64,000 bases of DNA from Monocercomonoides exilis PA203. Its lineage: Eukaryota > Protista > Preaxostyla. The position numbers and the translations under genes were made by a program. Positions within the stretch are counted from its first letter, which is position 1; every line of letters starts with the position of its first letter. Under the pieces are notes generated by a model that saw only the letters and a program-made list of their open reading frames with translations, was not told the origin of the DNA and searched no databases. Shown piece by piece: positions 1 to 12,924 of this stretch. The DNA is taken from the NCBI GenBank assembly GCA_001643675.2, contig LSRY02000030.1:682001-746000 (forward strand). Reading direction: 5' to 3'.

Positions 1-700
1 TTGAAAAGGCAAATTTGGAGGAGAATTCTAAGCAACAAGAGAATAAATGCCCGACAAGCAATGTTGATTTCATCAACCGCGTGTATGATGCAAATTCTTC
101 TATTTTATGTTCCAACAACTTAAATTTCTTCGACTTTGCATTCATTTGCACATTAATTCACCGACAAGTAAGCCGATGAAATGATTTCAGCCTTATGATC
201 TGCACTTTCTTCAGAAGCCTCGTCTCATTGTGCGCACTCTTGTTGGGAGTCTTTTCCAACTCGCAATTCACTTCCTTGATGCCAAGTATTCTTTCCACAT
301 GTTCATTGTCAGCTGTATGCCCGTTGATAAAGATTTATTAATCGAAATTCCAATCACCGAATGCTTCTGTTCTGTCATGTCCAACAGCCGAGTTGTCATT
401 TTCAGTGATGCTTGTCATGAAAGTGAACAAGGGTTCCTTCACAGAAGCGACAAGGGATTCGCACACAAAATACACATCTCTTCCGACGCTGGCCTTGTTG
501 GATGAAAACACGATATTGGTGATGGAAAAGGAAGATATTGATACTTTGTGAGCCATTGTCGAGCTCAATCATGAGAGTCACTCCTCTTCTGCCTGTTGTA
601 TCATTGCCCGCGTTCTTTCTTATGCAGAATCAGCCAAAAATGGTGTGAAGGTTAATTTGCCAGCAGGGATGGATTGAAGATATTGTGGTGTTGAGTCAAA
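1..700 (-). pseudogene. Decayed fragment of a beta-helix-repeat surface/receptor gene (same family as 14507-23723)
   Basis: ORF 338-568 (ITNIVFSSNKASVGRDVYFVCESLVASVKEPLF...NSAVGHD) aligns by eye with IVNILFVMNEAHVGKDIFVRCHSIARQINETLF...NSICGRD of the 14507-18892 ORF. Flanking frames carry stops; boundaries are approximate. Confidence 0.55.
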
Positions 701-1751
701 ACTGATCATGGAGCATTTGCCGAAGGTGAAGGAGATGAGATTTGAGATCGCGGAATGATTGAGGAAAAGAAAGTGCTTGAAAGAGATGCCTCACGTCCTC
801 AGCAATGCTTTATAAAAAAAAGGAGGATTTGGATGATGCAGATAGGAAATAGAAGGAAGAGGAGAAGAGAATTGGGATGGAAGGTTAGAAAACAGTATCA
901 TTGGAAGCATGAAGAATTAAAAGAGGGTAGAGTAAGTTATCCTGATTGATTGTTATCTCCCAGATGTCACATTCTCCGTTTGATGAAGCTGTTGAGCTGC
1001 ACAGCTGACACGGAAATTTAAAGAAACAGTAATAGCTGAAGAATTGGAAGAAAGCAAGCATTTGCCATCATTTGAAAAGTTGAAGTTTATTATTCAAATT
1101 GCAATCTTCTCCATTCTGTATTTATAATGTTCTTAAAGTATTCCTATTATAAAACATGTTTTGAAACCTTTTATTTTTCTTTTAAGATTGATTTTTCATG
1201 CTTTTTTTTAATTGTTCTTTTTTGAAACTTGATCAAAAAATTCTATTTCACTTTAAACATAAAAATAGGTATGCATTTTTGTTTAAACAAATAAAACAAA
1301 TACCTGTTGTAGCAACACATGCTTGATACTATTGAGAAATCGGTTTTTGCTGATCCAAAATACAACTTTTGACTTTGTTTTTATCTCTTTCTGATCTTGA
1401 TTTATGTATCAAAAATAATTACACTGATTAATTAAATAAACAACGTTTTTTTGTCACAGGAAATAATTTTCTTGTTTCGAAATAACTTCACAACAATCTA
1501 TTCATTAAGTTATTTGTCTCATAAATATATTTATCGTTCAAAAGTTATAAATAGAATCATAAATAATTATTTTCAAATTCAAAAAAAATATTTTGTTCAG
1601 TGAATGACTTGGAAATGATAGTTTTTATTTCTATTTTAAAATATTGAATTTCATGCAATAAATATTTGTTTTTAAAAAAATGAACTGAACATTCAAAATA
1701 TTAACTTTTCTTTTTGCCCATTATTAATTTTTGAATAAGACAAAGAGAACA

Positions 1752-3309
1752 ATGTCTGCTTTACCGCAACGGGTTTGTTTTCATTTTTATTCGCATTTTA
1801 AGTTTTTTAAGTTTTTGAATTTTTTATGTTCATTATGGTATATTTCTTGATGTCTTTCTTTTTTTTTTTCTACAAATGAAATTTTGAAATTATTTTTAGG
1901 AAATAATGACTGAACAATTCAAGGGTCTGTAATTCATTTTCATTTTATCAACTTGTGCTATTTTTTCTTTATGCAGCATTGCTTTTTGAACTTGAAGATC
2001 ACTCGGATTTTGATCAAAAGAAGAAAATAGAAGAAATAAGTAAAATAATGAACAAGATGGATCGAACAGAATTTGAAGCTCTTTTCACAAATGAAATGCT
2101 GGATGAAAGAGAAAAGATAATAATGGAAAAGAAAATGCATTTGGAAAGTGAGTTTATTCTGTTTAAGCTAATCGGATTTTACAAAATTATGAAAAATGTG
2201 CAAAGCAACTGTTTTTGCTCACCTTCCTTGTGCCAAAGAATTGAAAATATGATGTTCGAAGAAGAATTGAAACAAGAAAAAAAGAATGAAAAGCTTCTTG
2301 TCGATCTATGCGAATGCTATCTGATTCTTTATAATTTTAATGCTGGAGATATTTTTCTGTCAATTTGTGTATCTTGTTTGATGAAAGTCGCATCAAATAA
2401 AGAGAAAGACGATGAAACACAAAAAGAAGTCGAAATGGCTTTGTTTGCTTTGAGCAACATTTCAGAAAAACAAGTTCGTTTTTTAGATATATTTATGAAT
2501 CTATTCTTAAAATAATGATATTTATTTTTCCTCATATTTTTTATTAGCTATTGCAAATTGAATTGAATTTGAATACAATCATTGACATTATTAAATATCA
2601 TCGAGAGCATCACAACCTCACTCAGCTTGCCAATCAGTCTGCATGGCACATTTTGATATTCAAATTTCAAAATGAAAAAAGTTTGGAATCTGAAAGTGTA
2701 AGTTGGTTACATTTCTTGATTGACGCAACAAAAGAATTGGAATTGTGGTCACGAAATGTGAATTGGAAAAAGAAAGATATTGAAGAAGAAGAAAAAGAAA
2801 TGTTCGTAATCACACGATGGCTGGAAACAACATGGAAATACGTTTTTTATTATTACGACAGGAAATACAAAGCAGAGAATATTGCGTTTATGAATTCAAT
2901 TGCTTCAATATATGGAGCAGCAAAGAATTGCAATAAATATATATGTAAATGGTGCGTGAATCTTTTTCATTTATTGAAGGAAAGAGATGAAAGCACAATG
3001 TATATATTGATGAAAAGTGGAGCTGCTGCATATGTTTTGGAAGAAATGCACAGACTTGTATTGAGCGAAGGTTCAATTTTGTACTGCCTCGACATTTTCT
3101 CTGCACTTTGCAATATGTTGAGAAAAAGAGAGAATGATGAGCCCTTGAATTTGCAATGGGAAAGGTTAAAAACATTCATTATTGATCGGCTTGAAGAAGA
3201 AGGATATGAAGATATTATGATAGGATTTCAGAAAATGTTCCACGATTTAAACAAAAGATATTCACAACATTTTTCAGAAAAACCTTACGAGTATTTTATC
3301 TGTTTTTAA
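1752..3309 (+). CDS. Lineage-specific multigene-family hypothetical protein (EKNEKLLVDLCECY family), copy 1, apparently intact
   Basis: Spliced model 1752-1772, 1900-1924, 1977-2473, 2548-3309 gives a continuous frame MSALPQREIMTEQFKALLFELED... across GT-AG introns. Motifs EKNEKLLVDLCECY, QKEVEMAL and LEEEGYED are shared with copies 2 and 3. Confidence 0.8.
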
Positions 3310-4217
3310 CTTTTTTTTTCACTTCATGCTTTTTTAAAACATATCAGAAAAGCATTAAATATTGCATTAAAATGAGCTCCAATAACGCTTGAACTATTTC
3401 AATGGCAAATGAATCTTACCCAAAACTTGAAAAGTACTTCGCTAAATATGAAATAAATTTAAAAGAATACTCTTTTTCTGATAAAGCTACTGGAAATGCT
3501 TCCTTCTTCTTGAGTGTCTCTTTCTTGTAAAAAAGCACACATCTAATAGAAATGTTTCTTTATGGCTTGATATTATTCTTCTTCGTGAAAAGCTCTTAAT
3601 ACTGTCTTTGATAATATTAAGACTTTATCTTCTTTCTTCTTTTGAGTAAGTTCAAAACACAAAACAGTTATTTTGAATATCCTTCGACATCACATTGTTT
3701 TTCAAAAAAAAAATAAAAATTATGGAATTTTTATTTTGTCTTTGTCAGATCTGAAAAGAGAGAAGTTACGTAGAAATGAATAAACTTGGGAAGCTTATGA
3801 AAAAGAATATAAAATTCAATAACAACTTTACAACATCAGCTGCAAAGGGAGATTGGATCTTTTCAGAAAAGCAGCTTAAAGACCTTCTTCTTCTTTGAAA
3901 ACTGAATTTTTGAAGATTGAAGAGAAAAAACTCAAAGGAGGAATTTTGTGAATTTCCATTTCTTCATATTAATTCAGAATTGAAAGTTCATTATTTTCAT
4001 CTTCTCAATTTGTTCAAAGCGATCCAATATTTAAGTATTTTTGATTAATTTCTCTAACATTGTTGCATTTGGAAGTTGTGGGGGGGAAAAATGGATTTTT
4101 TTTTAAAAATAAATATTATAAAACTATTTGTTTTCTGTTTTGTGAAATGTTTTTTTTCAAAAAATATATTTATATAAAAATAATTTTGCGTTGCAAAATT
4201 CTAAGCATTTCCTTTCC

Positions 4218-5718
4218 TTAAATATTCACAAAATAATCTGAAATGTTCATCGACAAATTACGATCGTAGCTTTTTTTCAGAAGAGTGAAATCTCCATAAA
4301 AGCTGGTTTAGTAATCTTCATATCCTTCTTCTTCCATCTTTTCAAATACCTCCTTTTTTGTTGATATTCTTTTCATTTCATCATTTTCACTTTTCTCCTT
4401 TCCTTTCAATCTTGTTGAAATATTCTTGAAATATGCCAAGCTTTCATATGCCATTTCGAATGATAAATTTGGCTGATGAATCCCCTCCAAAACAACATCA
4501 ATAATTCCGTTATTCAACAAATCTTCAATTTCAAAAGCTTCGTTTTTCGACATTTTTTCAAATAAAAATATGCAACCGCTGCGAACAATTTCGAAACTGT
4601 CTTTTGCTGCTCGATACATCTGAATAATGCTGTTGATAAGTCCAAAAGATCCTTCATTCTTCAATCGGCAACAACAAAAATATCTATAAAATATACTGAG
4701 CCATCTCATCAAAGCAAGCTCTTCTTTCTTTTCTTTTTCTTTTTCCTCTTCTTTCTTTTTCTTCCAATCCACACATTTCATCAGCTCTTCCAGCTCTCCT
4801 TTTGCCTCTCTCACAAAATGCAGTTCATTCATTACAACTTCTTCCACATTTTCATCCTCCTTTAATCTGCCAAACACACCCAGGCGGATACATACGCAAG
4901 CCGTGACAGATTGCAACGATCTTGATGATGTTTGATAATCTCTTTAATTTCATTCAAATATAGTTCTAAATCCAAATTCTAATAAAAAAAAAGAGTGGAA
5001 AAATCAGTCGTATTTTTTAATTAAATAAAATACTTATACATCAAGCACATAAATGCAACTCAAAGCCAATAATGCTGTTTCCACTTCCTTTTGAACCTCC
5101 TCGTTTCCCTCTTTTTTCAAGGCAACTTTTATTATGCAAGGCACACAAATTGAAAGCAATTCTTTGGAAAGGCCATATTCAACGAGAAAAAGATAGCATT
5201 CACAAAGATCAACAAGAAGCTTTTCATTCTTTTCTTCTTTCTTCTTTTCTTCTTCAATAATCAATTCTTCCAATCTTTCGTTTAGCGAAGAATTTTCAAA
5301 TAATAAGCACCATATATTTTTCAGCACATTGCAATATCCAATGTGCTTCAACAGCAAAATTGCAATCCCCAATTTAACTTTCTTTTCTTCAATCATTTCA
5401 TGAATTTTGTTGAACGGTTCTTCTGTGAAAACAAACTTAAATTTTTATTCATTCATTTCGTCAATTATTTCATTCAATTCTTCAATTTTCTGCTTTTGTT
5501 CAATTTCTTCACAATCTTCCAGCTCACAAAGCTTTTCTTCAAAAACATCAAATTGTGCACAAAACATTGAAAGTTGAATCAAAATAATAAAGCCACAAAC
5601 TTGTAAACATTTCTTTGAGATCTAATTCGAATTCTTCGTCTTCGTAAAAATCATCATCGTAAGAATTTTCTTCATCCTCTTCTTCTTTGACATTATGCGC
5701 TGTACAATATTTGTTCAT
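4218..5718 (-). pseudogene. EKNEKLLVDLCECY family, copy 2, disrupted
   Basis: ORFs 5034-5396 and 4308-4916 carry the family motifs (EKNEKLLVDLCECY, MEEEGYED). The frame breaks near 4920 and a stop at 4308 precedes the expected end near 4218. The 5' end is tentative. Confidence 0.7.
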
Positions 5719-8700
5719 AATGTATTCTGGATAAATGAATAAAATAATAACACTTCAACAAACAAAGCAAAATTTTAATACAAACATCGTTGATTGTTTT
5801 TTCTGAATGAAAGGATTGAAGTATCAATACAAATACCTTTTTCTTCACAAGATAAGCGTAAGTATTGAATATTCAATAAGCCCTATGTCTTTGGCTTGGA
5901 AGAGACAGAAATGCAACTATTTTATTTCTGTTTGATCAAACCAACAGGACTTCAAAAAAAGGATTGGATTACGGTTTTTGGTTCATAATTCTGCTTGAAG
6001 CAGACATTCTGCATCCGGTGCTGACATCAATTTTCAATACAAAAATGGAAATTATACATGAGAGAAGGCAAAAAAAAACAGCCAGGCACACTTCTTGAAG
6101 AAAAAAGAATTTTTCTCATTTTTTGGTCTTCTATTCCAGGAATGGAAAAGTCTGTGCAAGATATCGATTTTTTCGTATGGTGAATGTTTTCCAAGTTTGC
6201 TTTTTTTTTTGAGCTGGACTTTGGAGTTTGTTCAAAACAGCAGGACGGACTGTTGGAGATGAAAGAATTTGAAAGCCAAAAAGAAATGAGCAGTCAAAAA
6301 GCAATGGCAGATTGTGTGCAAAGAAAGAGATGAAAATGTTTGCAAATTGGCAGAAGGATACACCCAAATTATTCCGAGTGAGATGAACAAATCATGAAAA
6401 CAGTGAATCCCAGCTCAAACACCAAAGATTCCGAGACTCATGGTTGATGGAACAACAACAAAACAGTGAACCCTTTTTCTTTTGAGATTTGTCAAATACC
6501 TTGGATTGCAAAAGCAATCTGATTTCACCCGACTGAACAATTTGATAAGGAGGCATGAGAAAGCAAGCCATTTTCCAAGATCAATCAAGTTTGGTTAGCT
6601 CTGAGAAGGTGCGTCCTTGAAATTCAGTTGCTCTTTGAAATGATGATGATGATGATGAAAAGAAAGAAATTTCCCTTGTGAATCAGCCGCTATTCCAGAA
6701 GAATGAGTTGAGAGATGATCATTTTGGTTGAGCTCTCAAGTTCTTCGATGTCAATAAAACCTTCTTTGAACTCAACAAAAAAGCTCTTCTTTGGACTTCA
6801 AATTCCACATTTCAATTCTAGGCCACCAAAATCAGAAAGGTTGTTTTTTTCAATGGACTCCATCAATCATTCGTTTTTCTGCTACCAACACAGCATTCCA
6901 AAGAAACACCTCTTTTTTCGGCTGGTTTGAAGGAATAGTTGAAAAGAGAATGATTTTCAAGCAGCATCATTGCCTTTTCAACACATTTCTGCTGTTGCTG
7001 TTGAGGTGGATCCAGGAAAACTTGCCGCCCACAACAGCATGTGTTACAATGGAATTCAACTTAGACGACTTGGTTCTTTTGATGAAAACGCTGAGGAGAG
7101 AAGCATTTTTTGACTGTGAAAAAATTTTTCGTTCATTTCGTTTTCTTCTAAAAATGAGGCTGGCCTCAACTTATTTTCTTCTTCTTCTTCTTCGAAGTTG
7201 CAACGAACATAAATTTTTCAAGTCTTCTTAAATCAACTCATATCGTTGCTGTTCATATTGTTTGGAGTTGAAAGGATTTCTGCATTCATTCCACGAGCAG
7301 TTTCTGAGTAACTTCTTCTGAGCATCAAAAAAAAGAAAAAGAAAGAGATAAGAGAAGAAGTTTGCCAAAGTGCTATAATTGAATCCAACTGCAGTGAAAG
7401 GTGAATTTGTGCAGAAAAATGATTTCCGCTTTTTTTGAATGTCGAAAAGCATTCTTACGTTAAGGATCACCAACTGATTGAAGAAAGAAGAACACATCTT
7501 CTCGTTCCTGAACTACCATTTCTGCATCCGCTCAGTCAATTCAACATGTCATAAAGTTATCAAACAACAACAACTTTGTCGTGTTCGTTCAGATCCTCAC
7601 TTCATTCAGCATCTCTTTCTCTCTTTCATTGGTCACACCACTCCGAAATGATATACTTGCTTTTCAACTTCCACTTCACCCATGATTGCCTTTTCCAAAG
7701 AATTGGTTGTTCATTTGTGAAACCTGTTTGTAAGTTCGATCTGTTGTTTCGCAAAGTTTGTCTCATATCAAATTTTGCCTTGTTTTGGAGATAAGCAACA
7801 AAGCTGAAGCAATCAATGTTTTGATGGAAAAGTTCTATTTTGTTTATCTTGGTTGACTTTTATCTCCTTGATGGTTTTTGTTTCAGTTTTCCTTTTTCAT
7901 TTCTTTGTGATTTTGAATCTTTGATTGGATCAGTATCATTGAAAACTTTTTCTTTGTTTGTTCTGTTTGAGACAACATGACAACTTCGACACCTTTTATG
8001 ATCTTTGGAGTATATAATTATTCAAGTTGAGCTCACAGTAGAACCATTTTTGCTCGAGTGGATTTCGAGTGAGCCAGATAATTTCGATTCTGCTGAAGTG
8101 TTTGCAACGATAGTCCTGGCAGAATCAACCAGATTCGATGGTCATTCGATTCTGCTGTTTCTGATTTGTCATTTGGATTTTGTTTAACAATCATTTTCAG
8201 GAACCTCAATGAAACAGACAGAGAAGGCACTTTCCACTTCAAATCTCTGTTCATTCACTTGCAGCTCTATCCATCTTTGACTCCAACACACATTCATATT
8301 CAACTTCACTGATCCAGAATAGCCTCCATCTTCGTTCATTTGATCCACACACACTCACATTCACTCACCCATCAGTGAATATCATATTAATCACATGATT
8401 TCTGCTGGTTGTCAGTGTGCATAAACGATAACCCAAGAATTTGGTCGCTTTTCTCTTTGAACTCAGAAATGTTGTCTCCTAATTCTTCTTCTTCTGTTTT
8501 TTGTTCATATTTCTTTTCTTCCTCAAAACAGTATCTTCAACTTCCATCTCTCCAAAACGCTTCTTTCGGAAAGGAGAAAGTCACAACTGGCTCCAAAATC
8601 ATCACTTCCATGAAATAAATTCTTATTTCCATCAGATTCTTATTAACGAATAGCTTTGGAATGAATAACACCCATTTATCTAAATAAGTTCTAAGAAAAA

Positions 8701-9279
8701 CGAACATAATAAATGTGTTTTCACTTTTTATTTGCGAGTTATGAGGTGAAAATGAATGGAGAAATGGTTATTGAAAATTTGCAATAGAGTGAATCTACGA
8801 ACGCAAGGAGCAGGTTTGCTCCACAATAATGAGTATTATTCACGATTTATTGGCGGTTAAAGATCTAAATTCGCCAATACTCAAATTCAAAGTTGATCCT
8901 AATTGTCCACAATGAAAATGAAGCAACAACCTGTTGTTATAAAACACAGAGACGGAGATGGAAAAGAATTAGATCTATTTTTGAAACTGGAAAGAGGAAA
9001 AATCAATACTGAAGAATTTCCAGGATCTGAGCATGTTAGACATCATCCGGAATGGAAGATAGTGCACAGCTGACAGAGCCGAGCAGAGAACCGCGCATTT
9101 TGAAGAGATAATATCTATAACATAAGCGGAAAAACAGAGTGAGATAATTATTTGAATTAGTGAAGCGTTGTACCACAAGACAATTTCAGAAACTGCAACC
9201 ACGAGAAATCGTGAGATATTTAAACAAAATGAAGATATAATATTTTATTGACTTTGAAAAAGAATAAAACAACAAAATA

Positions 9280-9549
9280 TGGGTCAAAATATTTGATTTC
9301 AGGCATTTTCATTGAAAAATTATGCACTTTTGACAAGCTTTTTGACTTCAAAAAGTTTTATTGAAATGGGTTCATTTTTTGACATTAATGGAACGTCACA
9401 AAACATTTCGTGAAAACATCTATGATTGAGATGTGCAGATAAGAAAAACCAATTTATTTTGAAATCTGAGAAAGCGAAAAAAAGTTATGAGTGAAACAAT
9501 TTTTTTGTGCTTTGTGCATAAAAAGTTTGAAAGTCGATATTTTCCCCCA
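9280..9549. mobile_element. MITE family A (270 bp), TA-flanked, inserted in the DIRS-like element
   Basis: Ends read TA|TGGGTCAAAATAT ... ATATTTTCCCCCA|TA. Homologous at both ends to 58114-58383, which is also 270 bp. Confidence 0.8.
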
Positions 9550-11397
9550 TATTTCGTTTATTTGTCAGGAGAAAGAACCGCGAATTGTTGTGAGATATAA
9601 TTAAATTAAGAAATCACGTGAAACCTCAAGAATTAAGAATGATAAATCCATAAATTACAGAGAGATTATTTTTAAGAAAGAACTAGTTTTCAATTGAAAG
9701 ATTATTTATTGAAGTGAAGCTGTGCATTCTCAGAAGATTATTCCAAAGAATAAAAATACAAAATAGAGAAAATATAAATGAAGACAAAATGGGAAAAAGA
9801 TCCGATCATAGCCGCGAGATATAAATTAATAAAGAAGTGATAAAACAGCAATTGTTTATGTGAGAAGATAGACACACATATTACAGTAAGATCGTCATAA
9901 ATAAAGAATTTAATTACAATAAATATATGTATTATTAAAATGAAACAGAGCATTGTCTCGAAATAACTACAATGAACAAAAATGTGTTTAATCGAAGGAC
10001 CAAGATTAAAGAGAGAGAAGAGAGAGCAGCGCTTGCAACGATATCAAGACTTGATTAAAAGAAAGATGAGCCGCGTATTGTATCAAGATAGGGATATGAA
10101 GAGAATCAACTTTTAAAAAGAGAAAATTATATAAGAAAAGAGATTCACGATGCAGAAAGATATTGATAAATCCAGCAACAAAATACACACACATTTTCAT
10201 AACAAGGATATTTGTGAAACAGATACACATTTTGCAGCGAGATATTAATAGAAGGATAATTTCATTACAGTTAAAAGATAATGAATTGAAATGAAGCTGC
10301 ACATATTCAAGAGATATTTGCAGTGAACAAGACAACGTTAAGTCTTGAGATCATGAGAAGAGAGAGAGAGAGTAGAAAGCCCTTTCTGCAGCTAGTCCTA
10401 AAGATGAAAGAGAAAAACCGAGTTCAATCGTGAGACCATGAGAGGTGATAGAGCAGAGACCCGCTCTTCGCCGCGAAATGATAATAGAGATAGAAAGCTC
10501 TGTAATTGATAGGCTTTAACAAAGGAAATATGGACAAGCTGCGTAACGAAAAATATCAAAAGCAGAAACGAAGAAATATAATTGATCAATAATAAGAAGT
10601 GAAACTGTATTTATTTAAGGAGATAATCACAAATATGAAACCGCGATAAATAACGAGACTGAGAAAAAAAGATAGACGTTTAATGAAGCGAGATTATTTG
10701 GAGAAATAAACCACTTTCGATCGAAAGATTTTGAATGAAGAGAAAGCAAAGTTTGCTGTGAGAAAAGGATGGAGAAAGAAATTGAGATAAATTGCGAATC
10801 GATAATACGATAAGTAACAGTGCATTTTCGCAAGATAGGTGCAGATATAGTAACCGCGAAATTTCGCGAGAAAATGGAAGAAGTGAAATCCGCGAAAAAA
10901 TGCGAGGAGAAGACAGAGTTTGAGACTTCGGACGACCGCGATAGGCGGATACAGAAAGAAGCCGCATAGTGCGGTGTGATGAAAATAGAAGAAGACTCCG
11001 CCTATCTCAGCTAAAATTCTGATAGACACACTCAGCTGGACTTAGAAGAAACGGGACTATGCACTGAGAGTAGAAAAAGTCGCAGAGATATTTCAAACAA
11101 TCGCACCGAGAAGACTAGATATAATTGAAGACATGATTGCTCAGGTGCTCTGCTGAACAATTTGTAAACAATCCCCTCTGAAAGGGAAGAGAAAGATAGA
11201 ATTGTTTAAGAACGAGATTGTGTTAGTTCGTTATGGAGAAACATCGGATTGACCTTGAAGGAAATGAGAAAGGAAGGAAGGAAATCACCCTCATAAGAAC
11301 TCATAAGTTTAAGACTGGAGAGGAGAATATCTAAGATGTGACCTTTTTTTAAACATGGGGAGAAGACGTAGGAGCGAAGGATTTATCAGCAGCTATA

Positions 11398-12258
11398 TTG
11401 ACTAATCAAAAGAACAAAACGGATACGTGGAGAGCGCTTCAAAGATTGCAGCAATTTTTGGATAGAGAAAGAATAGATGAAACTGACACCCTCACAACAA
11501 AAGATGCAAAATGGATTATGGCAGAGTTCACTGAAACACTCTCGAATACGAACCTCTCAAGTGGAGTGATTCATCAGACAGTACGGAAAGTACTGGATTC
11601 TATTAATCTGTTTAGAGAGATGAAAGTTGACGTGAAAGACATAGAGATATTTCTTAAAACCTATGTGGGGGAGAAACCAAGAAGAGGCAATCGATACAAA
11701 TCGATGTGGGATCTTACTATTATAACTAAATGTGAAGAAGCCACAAAGAATTCTATTGACACACAAATACTCCAGAGGAGAGCCCTCATCCTCACTATAA
11801 TTATGTAACTTAAGAGCCAGCTGAGCTGGAGAGATTGAGAAGGAAGGAATCTATTTTGAAAGACAATACAGCATTAAGGGAAGTGCAGATAAAGATAACA
11901 TAAAGGAAACTATAACAATCGATATTAACAAATATTCAAACGCACTCATCGATTCAGAAGAAACGCTCCAACATTGGTTTAATTTCACCAGGATAACCTT
12001 TTAAGTTGAACATGTGTGGTTAATATAAGAGAAGGTTAGCCTGCAAATATGCAGAGAATAAAAGAAGAGTTTGAAGCTATTCAAAGAGAGTATGAAAAAC
12101 ACGATCCTTTGAACGTGTTCTCGATTCGATATTAAGTTGCAATACACATATCAAGACGAGAACGTTTGGATTGGAAAGCGAGCAACACGCACGCAGGAGG
12201 GGAGCCACGATCAAGAGTGGATCGAGAATTTAAAACATTCAACCTGGTCAAGATATGA
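11398..12258 (+). pseudogene. Tyrosine recombinase (DIRS-type YR) pseudogene
   Basis: KPRRGNRYKSMWD resembles the DIRS P..RY...WD motif. LR-PAEL (Arg box I) is restored by removing one base at 11816. FSIRY* at ~12118-12135 corresponds to the HxxR box. THAGGEPRSRVDREF corresponds to the AGW..S...FY box. Multiple stops and frameshifts. Confidence 0.75.
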
Positions 12259-12831
12259 AATGGATTTCTGTTGACGATCAACGTCCAAGAACCCCCTCGT
12301 GGAGATGAAGAAAAGTTGGATATGGATAGAGAAAGGAAGGAAATGAAAATCGAGAAAGGAAAATTAGAGATGAAAGAGTTCACACAAAATATATCAGAGG
12401 CTGGGTGAGAAGAAGATATGAGGAAGGAGAAATCGGTCAAAGAAACGAGACCGATAGCTTAAAGAAGAGAGAAAGCATAGGAAAGCAACTTTGTCACAGA
12501 ACTCCTCATCCCGACAACCATAGTATCGGAGAACACCCCTCATAATCCGCAGCAGCGAAAGCGAGCTGACTGGAAGCGAACACACTGCCTCACTGAGAAA
12601 GAAGGGCACAGACCGGAGGAAGCGTGGTGTGAGAAGTCAAAAGAAGATGAAAAAGAACTCAGAAGAATCGAACTCTCGGCTGGGAAGGCCTCAGAAGCAC
12701 CTCAAGAAAGAAAGGGCGTAGTGCGGGTTTGCCGCACCTTCATCCACACTCTCTCAGTTCATCCGACGCACGAGCTCGTGCTAGGCAGGAGGGTTTAAGA
12801 TCACGAGAGCTGAAAAAGAAGAGATTTCTAG

Positions 12832-12924
12832 ACTCATTATTGAGGAGCAAACCTGCTCCTTGCGTTCGAAGATTCGCAGAACGACGAATTGATAAAAACG
12901 CAGTGAGACAAGTTTGCTCCGAGA
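12832..12924. repeat. Internal complementary region (ICR) of the DIRS-like element
   Basis: 12832-12875 is the reverse complement of 8791-8834 (42/44). 12889-12924 is the reverse complement of 13550-13585 (about 32 matches in 36 nt, with two 1-nt indels). Confidence 0.8.

Noticed and set aside
5880-8640. Coding-like but fragmented region
   Set aside because: Probably a decayed gene or element, but I could not identify any motif to support a call.
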